Below, piece by piece: positions 37,607 through 43,912 of a stretch of 43,912 nucleotides of DNA (its first letter is position 1; each line of letters starts with the position of its first letter). The stretch spans positions 1 through 43,912 of the forward strand of contig DASZFR010000085.1 of the NCBI GenBank assembly GCA_035939635.1, read 5' to 3'. This DNA is from Solirubrobacteraceae bacterium (GTDB lineage Bacteria > Actinomycetota > Thermoleophilia > Solirubrobacterales > Solirubrobacteraceae). The position numbers and the translations under genes were made by a program. The notes under the pieces were generated by a model, which saw only the letters and a program-made list of their open reading frames with translations, was not told the origin of the DNA and did no database searches.

Positions 37607-38310
37607 CGCCCGCCTCTCCGGCGAGACGGGGCACGCGTCCCCGGCCCGCCACCGCTCCGCGGCCTCGCGTGGCGCCTCCCGTTCAGCGACGAGAGACCGG
37701 CCGCACTCGACCCCAGTCGCGCGAAGGCGACTGGTCGCGCCTGTTCTCGAGCGCCTTCAAGAACTCGCGCAACGCGATGGTCCTGCTCGACGCGGCGAGA
37801 CGCCACGTCGATTTCAACGGGGCATATCTGAAGCTGACCGGCTATCAACCCAGCCAGCTGCTCGGGCGCCCGGTTTACGAGTTCGTCGTCGGCGGCCCGG
37901 TCATGTCCGAGCGCGAATGGCAGGCGGCGCTGGCCCGCGGTGACTTCACGGCCGAGGGCGAAATGATCAGGTCGGACGGCACGACCGTGGCCGCCCAGGT
38001 TGCGGCCACGGCCGAGATCGTGACCGGCCGCCGCCTGGTTCTGTTCGTGGCGCTCAACACCTCGCGCTGGGGCCGGCGCTTTCGCCGCTTCACGCCGGCC
38101 GATGAAAAACCGCAGCAGCTCTCACAGCGCGAGCGTGAGATCGTTCGTCTCATCGCGCTCGGGTGCACCAGCCCGGAGATCTCAGAGGAGCTGGGCATAG
38201 CCCACGAGACGGTGCGGACTCATGCGCGAAATGCCATGACCAAGGTGGGGGCGCGCTCGCGCGCCCACCTCGTCGCCAGGGCGCTGGGCGCCGGACTCAT
38301 CTTCGAGTGA
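37603..38310 (+). CDS. PAS + LuxR-HTH one-component regulator
   Basis: PAS-like NGAYLKLTGY....LLGRPV. HTH LSQREREIVRLIALG.TSPEIS..LGIAHETVRTH. GTGA overlap with DUF2252. Confidence 0.85.
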   Translation: MTPASPARRGTRPRPATAPRPRVAPPVQRRETGRTRPQSREGDWSRLFSSAFKNSRNAMVLLDAARRHVDFNGAYLKLTGYQPSQLLGRPVYEFVVGGPVMSEREWQAALARGDFTAEGEMIRSDGTTVAAQVAATAEIVTGRRLVLFVALNTSRWGRRFRRFTPADEKPQQLSQREREIVRLIALGCTSPEISEELGIAHETVRTHARNAMTKVGARSRAHLVARALGAGLIFE

Positions 38311-38373
38311 TCGGCGAAGACTCACACAGCCGAGGTATCGACTTGCGAGCGTTCGCGAGCGAGCATCTGATAC

Positions 38374-38874
38374 GTGAGCCCGCAGCACGCGGTTATCCAG
38401 ACATTGACCCCTCGGGCCGATCAGCTCTGCCTGCGGCTCGCGTTCGAGGCTTCGAGCATCCGTCGCGCGACCGCCGTGGCCGAGCAGCTGGAACGGATCG
38501 TCGGCAATCCCGCCAAGATTCATCCGCTCGAGCCGCTCTCGAGTGACGTGGCGGCATCGAACACCTCGCAGACATTCAGCGTCGAGCTCACGACACCGCC
38601 GCTGCCGATCAACCTCGCGGTCATTCAGATGTGGGAGCGAAAGATGCTCTCGCTGGAGTACAGGTGCTTCGGCAGCTGCTGCTTTTTGGGCTGGACAACA
38701 CAGGAGCTGCCGGAGCTGTCGACGCGGCGATCGCGGCGCGACGCCGAGCACGCATCGGCAGGCGGGCGGGCGCAGTCACAGCGCGAGCTCGTTGAAAATT
38801 CGGTGTTGCGGCGCCCGCAGTCGAGCCTGCCACCGAACGCGCGCGGCCGCAGCGAAATCCGCGCTGTCCGGTGA
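38374..38874 (+). CDS. Hypothetical protein
   Basis: Fills the gap in the same orientation as the upstream genes. No recognised motif. Confidence 0.4.
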   Translation: MSPQHAVIQTLTPRADQLCLRLAFEASSIRRATAVAEQLERIVGNPAKIHPLEPLSSDVAASNTSQTFSVELTTPPLPINLAVIQMWERKMLSLEYRCFGSCCFLGWTTQELPELSTRRSRRDAEHASAGGRAQSQRELVENSVLRRPQSSLPPNARGRSEIRAVR

Positions 38875-38905
38875 CGCGCCTGTACGTCGTGCCTGCGCGC
38901 GTCCG

Positions 38906-39553
38906 CTAGCGGCTCGGGCGTTCGGCGGGAAGCGCTTGGACCTGCTTTCTCGTGAGCGCGATGGTCACGACGTCGTTTGCGATCTCTTGAATCGAGGTCA
39001 TGGGAATCTTGACGTTTCGCCGGCGCCACAGATGGCGATGCTGGAGCACGAAGTGTGTGACCTTGTCGCGCTCGTCGACGAGCAACGCCTCGACGTGGCC
39101 TAGGTCGCGACTGTCGCTCGACCACACGCGGCTCGAGCGCCTGAGCTCCACGTCTTCCTTTGGTATGCGGTCGTAGGTGACCCCCACCGCGCCCGCGTAC
39201 AGGTCTCCCCCTGGTTCGCCCGCCGAGTAAGTGGGCGCGGCTAGCACGTCGACGACCCCGACGTCCCAGTCTTGATCATCGCGCGGGAGTTCCCCAAGGC
39301 GCTCGTAGGAGAATTCCCGCACCGACTCGAGCTTGCCGAAGTCCTTCTTCGTACAGCGCAGCGAAATCAGCTGCTGCGTGGAATCTGCTTCGGCCAGCTC
39401 GATCGGCACCAGGCGAGCCCCCACCAGCGCATCGTGCGAGGGCTCGACGACGAGGTGGGTGACACGACGCTTGGCGGGATCGATCACGATGTCCGCGAGC
39501 TGGCCCAACTCACCGTCCTGGCAGAGAACCGGCGTTCCAAGCTCCACGCGCAT
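38906..39553 (-). CDS. PRC-barrel domain protein (two barrels)
   Basis: GTPVLCQDGELGQLADIVID...VTHLVV, and a second repeat VWSSDSRDLGHVEALLVD...VTHFVL. Confidence 0.82.
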   Translation of the reverse strand: MRVELGTPVLCQDGELGQLADIVIDPAKRRVTHLVVEPSHDALVGARLVPIELAEADSTQQLISLRCTKKDFGKLESVREFSYERLGELPRDDQDWDVGVVDVLAAPTYSAGEPGGDLYAGAVGVTYDRIPKEDVELRRSSRVWSSDSRDLGHVEALLVDERDKVTHFVLQHRHLWRRRNVKIPMTSIQEIANDVVTIALTRKQVQALPAERPSR

Positions 39554-39775
39554 GCTCTAGCGATCCAACCTTTGCGAGGTCGATGCGCGGTCAGGCGACC
39601 ATGATTGCCAGCGCCTCGTGCTCGGCTTCCTCATGGTCACCCTCCGGTCTTTGTCACTTTCACCTTGCCGTCGCTCTCGCGTGTTGGTCACTGACGCACC
39701 TTCCTGAGAGCGCACCCCAAACGGGGCCTGCAAAGCAGGCTTTGGCGAGGCTAGAGCTGGAGCTCCCAGCTTACC

Positions 39776-39816
39776 TCACCCGATCCGGGCGACGGAAACT
39801 CAAAGGAGCGGGGTGA
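39776..39816. promoter_or_regulatory. Tandem boxes TCACCC-GATCC-GGGCGA (39776-39792) and TCAAAG-GAGCG-GGGTGA (39800-39816)
   Basis: GACCAT (39815-39820) is 22 bp after the first box. The weaker second box overlaps that hexamer. Confidence 0.7.
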
Positions 39817-39885
39817 CCATCTCAGCGTGGCAATTGAGGCGCCATTTGGCACCGCCATCTGGTACGCAGAAGGGAGACTTCAACG

Positions 39886-40341
39886 ATGAGTAGCGAACCT
39901 GGCACCGTTCGGCGTTCTGCCGATGCGCGTGTTGAAGGAACCGGTCGTGTAGAAGAAGAAGAAGAACGCGGAGCCGGCTGGGTCACATTCGCAGGAGTGT
40001 TGATCATGCTGGCCGGCATACTGAACCTCATCTACGGCATCGCCGCGATCGCAGAATCAAGCTTTTACGTCGGCAACACCCGCTTCGTGTTCAGCGATCT
40101 GAAAACGTGGGGTTGGATCGTGACGATCATCGGTGCGCTCGAGTGCACCGTGGCGCTGGGCATCTGGGCGCGCTCACAGTGGGCGAGATGGACCGGAGTG
40201 GGCGTGGCCGGGCTCAACGCGATCGCCCAACTGATGTTTATCAAGGCCCAACCCTGGGGCTCGCTGGCGATCTTCAGCCTCGACGTGCTCGTGATCTACG
40301 GACTCGTCGCCTATGGCGGCAGGGCCCGAGCGACGATCTGA
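39886..40341 (+). CDS. DUF7144-like 4-TM membrane protein
   Basis: AGGGAG RBS. GWVTFAG...G.LNLIYGIAAI...WGW...WARW.G...PWGS..IFSLD.LVIYGL. Confidence 0.78.
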   Translation: MSSEPGTVRRSADARVEGTGRVEEEEERGAGWVTFAGVLIMLAGILNLIYGIAAIAESSFYVGNTRFVFSDLKTWGWIVTIIGALECTVALGIWARSQWARWTGVGVAGLNAIAQLMFIKAQPWGSLAIFSLDVLVIYGLVAYGGRARATI

Positions 40342-40465
40342 AGCTGCGGCGGAGCGCGTTTGCCCAGCACCTTTTGACAGCGACCGGCCCTCCCGCAGAC
40401 GGCAGCGGCTTGCTCGGCGCGACCGGGGCACCCGACGAGGACCGCCGGGCAAGCGGGCGAGCGTC

Positions 40466-40501
40466 AGTACCGGTGCCGGAGGGAGTACCGGTACCCGAGG
40501 G
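40466..40501. repeat. 2 x 18-bp imperfect tandem repeat
   Basis: agtaccggtgccggaggg / agtaccggtacccgaggg. Confidence 0.55.
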
Positions 40502-40507
40502 CCGGGC

Positions 40508-40852
40508 TCAGAGACCGAGCGGATGCTCGGTCTCGGGCAGCCGATCGAGGGTCGACCTCAGTCTCGCCAGCGCTCTGCGCCCGGCACGGTCGGCCCGGCG
40601 CGACGCCGTGACCGAAGCAGCCTCCCACCCCGCCAACAGCGGGCAGGCTGCGCAGATCATCACCACGAACGGAACCGCGCCGACGGGCGCGGGCACAAGG
40701 ATGGCTGCGGCGCAAACGGCCATACCGACGAGCGCAGCCACAACGCACACGACGAAGGCCATCGCGGGGCGCTGCGCGACGGCGCCGGGCTGCTCCTCGA
40801 ACCTATCGCGCCCCTGTGATGTCAGACCGTCGCGCACCCGAATTCCTTTCAT
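40508..40852 (-). CDS. Hypothetical 2-TM membrane protein
   Basis: Two hydrophobic helices and a C-terminal LDRLPETEHPLGL. Start uncertain. Confidence 0.6.
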   Translation of the reverse strand: MKGIRVRDGLTSQGRDRFEEQPGAVAQRPAMAFVVCVVAALVGMAVCAAAILVPAPVGAVPFVVMICAACPLLAGWEAASVTASRRADRAGRRALARLRSTLDRLPETEHPLGL

Positions 40853-41273
40853 TTGAGACAACGGCACGGCGCCAATCGCGATCCTCAAGGATAGCCGTCG
40901 CTACCTGCGGCAACCCTCGCTCGCCGACGCAATAGATACCTGCCGACCGACTCGCCGCTGCGAGCTTGCGACGTTGGCGCTGCACGAGCGCGAGCTCGCC
41001 GACGTCGGGGCGGGCGGCGGGGCTCACTGCATCTGGGCTCGCACACCCGGCCACGCGGCGCACAAGAGGTCCGAGAGCAGCGCCGTGTGCTGGTCCTGGC
41101 TGCGATTGTCGATATCGCGCGCGACCCGCGCAACGAGCGCCGGGGAGTGTTCATCGCGCCAGCCGGGAGCGGGGGCCTCGTCGCGCTGTTCGTCGTCCAC
41201 GCCGCAAAGGTTCCCCTCCCGCGCTGCCGACGTACATACCACGGCCGCGTGATTCGCGCTACCCGGCCGAGAC

Positions 41274-41921
41274 TCAGCGCGATGAGCTGAACAGGCGCAG
41301 GAACAGGAGAAACACGTTGAGAATGTCGAGGAAGATGCCGGCTGCCAGCGGTATCGCTTCCTCGCGGCCCGCGCGCCGCAAGCGGTTGAAGTCGACCACC
41401 GTGTAGAGACCGAAGATCGCGAGCCCAACCAGCGCGTAGACGGTGTAGGCGGCGGGCATGCGGATGAAGAGGAGCACGATGCCGCCGGCGATCAGCGCCA
41501 GCAGCAGCCAGAACAGGATGCGGTACAAAAACGAGAGGTCTTTGCGGATCGCATACCCCCCCGCCCCCAGGCCGCCGACGAACAGCGCCGTCGCGCCGAA
41601 TGCCTGACGCACGGCGGTGGGGTCGACGTGCGAGTAGTAGTTGACCGTGGTCGCCACGCTCGCGCCGAGCAGGAAGCCGAAGGCGAGCAGGAGAACCAGC
41701 GCCAGCCCTTCGTTACCGCGGGAGCTGGCCACGTTCAGGCCGACGAGACAGCCCAGCGCCGCCAGCCAAGCGAAGAACCACAGCGCACCCCCCGCGTTTC
41801 GCGCGAGGTAGACGCCGAGCGTCGCGACGCCAACCGTGAGCGCCACCAGTGCCATCACCCGTCCGAACAGCCCCGTCGTGCGCGCCGACGGCACGGGCTG
41901 GGCGTAGCCGGCGGCCTCCAT
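41274..41921 (-). CDS. Bax inhibitor-1/YccA (TMBIM) family protein
   Basis: 7 TMs, AFGAT, YTVVDFN and IFLDILNVFL with both conserved Asp residues. Confidence 0.9.
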   Translation of the reverse strand: MEAAGYAQPVPSARTTGLFGRVMALVALTVGVATLGVYLARNAGGALWFFAWLAALGCLVGLNVASSRGNEGLALVLLLAFGFLLGASVATTVNYYSHVDPTAVRQAFGATALFVGGLGAGGYAIRKDLSFLYRILFWLLLALIAGGIVLLFIRMPAAYTVYALVGLAIFGLYTVVDFNRLRRAGREEAIPLAAGIFLDILNVFLLFLRLFSSSR

Positions 41922-41932
41922 CGCTCGCCGCG

Positions 41933-42349
41933 CTACCTCGAGCGGCGCGGAGCCACGCCGACGGTCACGTAGCGCCAGGCTTTGGCCAACTCGCCGAGCG
42001 CGGCCTCGACGACATGCACCGGAAGCAACGCGATCTCCAACGCGGGGCGCAGCATGGCGCCCACGATGACCCAGCGGGCGACTGGCCTCGAGTTCAGCGG
42101 CTCACCCCCGATGCCGCGGGCGAGGTGTCGAAGCACGGCCAACCCCATAAAGCTCGAGGCGGCCGACGGCGGGGCCGGTTTGCGCCGCAGAGTTCTAACC
42201 AGCGGCGCCACGAGTGGCTCGCACGCCGCGCCGAGCACCCCGAGCGTAAATCCGGTAGTGATGACCGATGCCTCTCTGTTGAGCCCGACCGCGCGGTGCA
42301 GCGCCTCCTTGAGAAAGCGGTAGGCGATGTAGAAGACGCGTGTCGACAT
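41933..42349 (-). CDS. Hypothetical membrane-associated protein
   Basis: Co-oriented, ends 11 bp before BI-1, and has an upstream palindromic box. Confidence 0.55.
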   Translation of the reverse strand: MSTRVFYIAYRFLKEALHRAVGLNREASVITTGFTLGVLGAACEPLVAPLVRTLRRKPAPPSAASSFMGLAVLRHLARGIGGEPLNSRPVARWVIVGAMLRPALEIALLPVHVVEAALGELAKAWRYVTVGVAPRRSR

Positions 42350-42424
42350 TGTGCGCGGCGGCGCCTGACCACGGCCGGAGCGTTTGCTCGGCCAAGATCT
42401 CAGCCGCCAGGGCTGCCCGCCGCA

Positions 42425-42441
42425 TCACTCGTGCGGGATGA
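42425..42441. promoter_or_regulatory. Palindromic box TCACTC-GTGCG-GGATGA
   Basis: Divergent intergenic region, on the side of the hypothetical-BI-1 operon. Confidence 0.7.
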
Positions 42442-42474
42442 AGTGTCAACGTACACGTCCCAGCAGTGAAGGAA

Positions 42475-42491
42475 TCACCTCAAGCAGGTGA
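42475..42491. promoter_or_regulatory. Perfect palindromic box TCACCT-CAAGC-AGGTGA
   Basis: CAGAAT (42514-42519) at 22 bp, then ATG at 42528. Confidence 0.8.
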
Positions 42492-42527
42492 CCGCGCACC
42501 GGTCTTGGGGGCGCAGAATCCCGCACG

Positions 42528-42755
42528 ATGGTGGGTTTTGACGATTTCTACTTTCACAAGGGGCAGGACGTGTGGGTGACGCAGGCCGACGGGTCGCGGC
42601 GAGCGGCGGCGTACCTGGAGCAAAACGAGATGAGCGCCTGGTTCGGCGCCGCACCCGCGGTGATAGTCATCTACCCCGACACGGCCAGCGACGAGTCGGT
42701 CGACGTCGACCGCGTGATCGCGCGAGCGCCGCGCGCTACGAGGAGAGCTCGTTGA
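42528..42755 (+). CDS. Small hypothetical protein (SH3-like beta pattern)
   Basis: FHKGQDVWVTQADGSRR...VIVIYPD...VDVDRVIAR. Directly downstream of a predicted promoter. Confidence 0.55.
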   Translation: MVGFDDFYFHKGQDVWVTQADGSRRAAAYLEQNEMSAWFGAAPAVIVIYPDTASDESVDVDRVIARAPRATRRAR

Positions 42756-42875
42756 AGCCTGAGCGCGCTGCCGACAAAGCAGGCACGTTCATGCCATCGG
42801 TATGAGGCACGTGCGGCCGGCGTGCCCCAGACTGCGAGCGAATCCTGCGTGAGCTCGCAAGGCACAAGACAAGCG

Positions 42876-43694
42876 ATGAGAAGGCCACGCGGCGGGACGA
42901 TCGCGGCGCGCGCCGCCCGACGCGTGCCAGACAGGCCGAGCACACTGACTTCGGCCGGGCATGCACGCGGGCTACGGCGACTCGCGTGCGGGGCCGTGGT
43001 CAGTTGCGTGGTAATCGGGCTGGCGGCATGTGGCTCGGGGGCGGCATCCACAGTTGCCAACAGCCTCAGCCAGGCTGCCGCTTCGCACAGCACCTCGGCG
43101 AGCACAGGGACGCACGGCGCGACTGCGCCCACCAGCGCATCGCAAACGTCCAAGACTCCGTCCGAAACCGAGAAGGCGTCGGCCGCGACGAACTCGACGC
43201 CGTCGACGTCTTCGTCGAGCTCCAGCCCATCGCCAACGAAAACGGTCACGCAGACCAAGACGACAACCGCGCCCCCCAAGACGACCACCGCGCCGGCCCA
43301 GACGCAGACCAACACCGTCATCAAAACGGAGACCACGACGGCGTCGAGTACCGCGCCGACCACCTCCACCAGCAACGCTCCCGCAGCCGCCGCCGCAGGC
43401 GCCGCGGCGGCGAACGCAGCCCACAACGCCTCCGAGAGCGAAGAATCCGGCCTGCCCGCATGGGGCTGGGCGCTGATCGGCGCAGGCGTGGCGGGTGCGG
43501 TGGCGTGGGCCATCGTGGTCTGGCGGCGCCGCAGCAAAGGCGGCCCGCAGCAGCCGGGCTCACCGCCGGCGGCGGGCGGCACGGGGCCACCCCCTGGCGC
43601 GGGGCCACCCGGCGGCACGGGACCTTCCCCCGGCGCGGGCCCACCCCCCGGCTCTGGGCCACCACCCCCCGAGAGCGCGCCGCCCGCGGTCTGA
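42876..43694 (+). CDS. Ser/Thr-rich surface lipoprotein with C-terminal TM and Pro/Gly tail
   Basis: Lipobox LAAC, ~120-aa S/T/A low-complexity region, TM WALIGAGVAGAVAWAIVVW followed by RRR, GPPPG repeats. Start uncertain. Confidence 0.7.
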   Translation: MRRPRGGTIAARAARRVPDRPSTLTSAGHARGLRRLACGAVVSCVVIGLAACGSGAASTVANSLSQAAASHSTSASTGTHGATAPTSASQTSKTPSETEKASAATNSTPSTSSSSSSPSPTKTVTQTKTTTAPPKTTTAPAQTQTNTVIKTETTTASSTAPTTSTSNAPAAAAAGAAAANAAHNASESEESGLPAWGWALIGAGVAGAVAWAIVVWRRRSKGGPQQPGSPPAAGGTGPPPGAGPPGGTGPSPGAGPPPGSGPPPPESAPPAV

Positions 43695-43754
43695 GCCTGA
43701 AGTAGGTCACCGCTCGCGCGAGCGCGCGGTTAGCGGGCGCGGCGGTGCGGCCGG

Positions 43755-43912
43755 TCACTCATAGAGCGCGACAATGGCCAAGATCACGTACATGGCCACG
43801 AGCGCGAAGCCCTCGAAGGCAAGAGCCTCGCCATCGCCTGTGACCTGCCACACGGCAAGCGCGGAGAGCACGAGCGCGCCCACGTACAGGGGCGCGAGCG
43901 CGAACGTCAGCG
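43755..43912 (-). CDS. Ca2+/H+ exchanger (CAX/ChaA-like) C-terminus, partial
   Basis: Manual translation LTFALAPLYVGALVLSALAVWQVTGDGEALAFEGFALVAMYVILAIVALYE*. The DGE...EG..L..Y terminal motif is typical of CAX. Confidence 0.7.
   Translation of the reverse strand, partial: LTFALAPLYVGALVLSALAVWQVTGDGEALAFEGFALVAMYVILAIVALYE

Noticed and set aside
40885-41270. Possible small gene or frameshifted remnant (DDEQRDE...LCAAWPG) downstream of BI-1
   Set aside because: Several short competing frames, with no RBS or recognisable family. It cannot be supported without a search.
8888-42491. Palindromes as CRISPR repeats, REP elements or terminators
   Set aside because: They are dispersed single 17-mers with variable centres, no spacer array and no U-tract, and they lie at 5' ends rather than in convergent gaps.
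8888-42491. Motif as a CRP/GlxR or FNR site
   Set aside because: Those sites are TGTGA-N6-TCACA or TTGAT-N4-ATCAA. Here the arm order is reversed (TCAC first, GTGA last) and the spacing differs.
4299-43912. Mobile genomic island
   Set aside because: No integrase, transposase, tRNA attachment site or flanking direct repeats were seen, and coding GC looks similar to the ribosomal block.

Overview
High-GC actinobacterial DNA. The ribosomal proteins and extended SecE resemble Thermoleophilia/Solirubrobacterales (inference). Bases 1-3202 hold the housekeeping block rpmG-secE-nusG-rplK-rplA-rplJ (minus strand, rplJ truncated), followed by a polysaccharide deacetylase. From about 4.5 kb to the end lies a ~39 kb accessory region of membrane, lipid and ion genes: MFS, GAP x2, DUF1269 x2, DAGK x2, PAP2 x2, SulP, an atypical P-type ATPase, PPK2, K+ channel, RDD, a holin-phosphodiesterase fusion, MBL hydrolase, SHOCT, PLDc_N, DUF2252, PRC-barrel, BI-1 and a Ca2+/H+ exchanger. 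It also encodes three LuxR-HTH regulators: a NarL-type two-component pair, a MalT/STAND-like regulator and a PAS-LuxR protein. The main discovery is a 17-bp palindrome, TCAYCC-N5-GGRTGA, found about 16 times in intergenic regions of the accessory block and not seen by eye in the ribosomal block. At 11 sites it sits exactly 21-22 bp from an NANNNT -10-like hexamer facing the downstream gene, which is class II activator geometry. This points to an apparently uncharacterised large local regulon, plausibly driven by the MalT-like LuxR protein. No tRNA, rRNA, CRISPR array, transposase or integrase was recognised.
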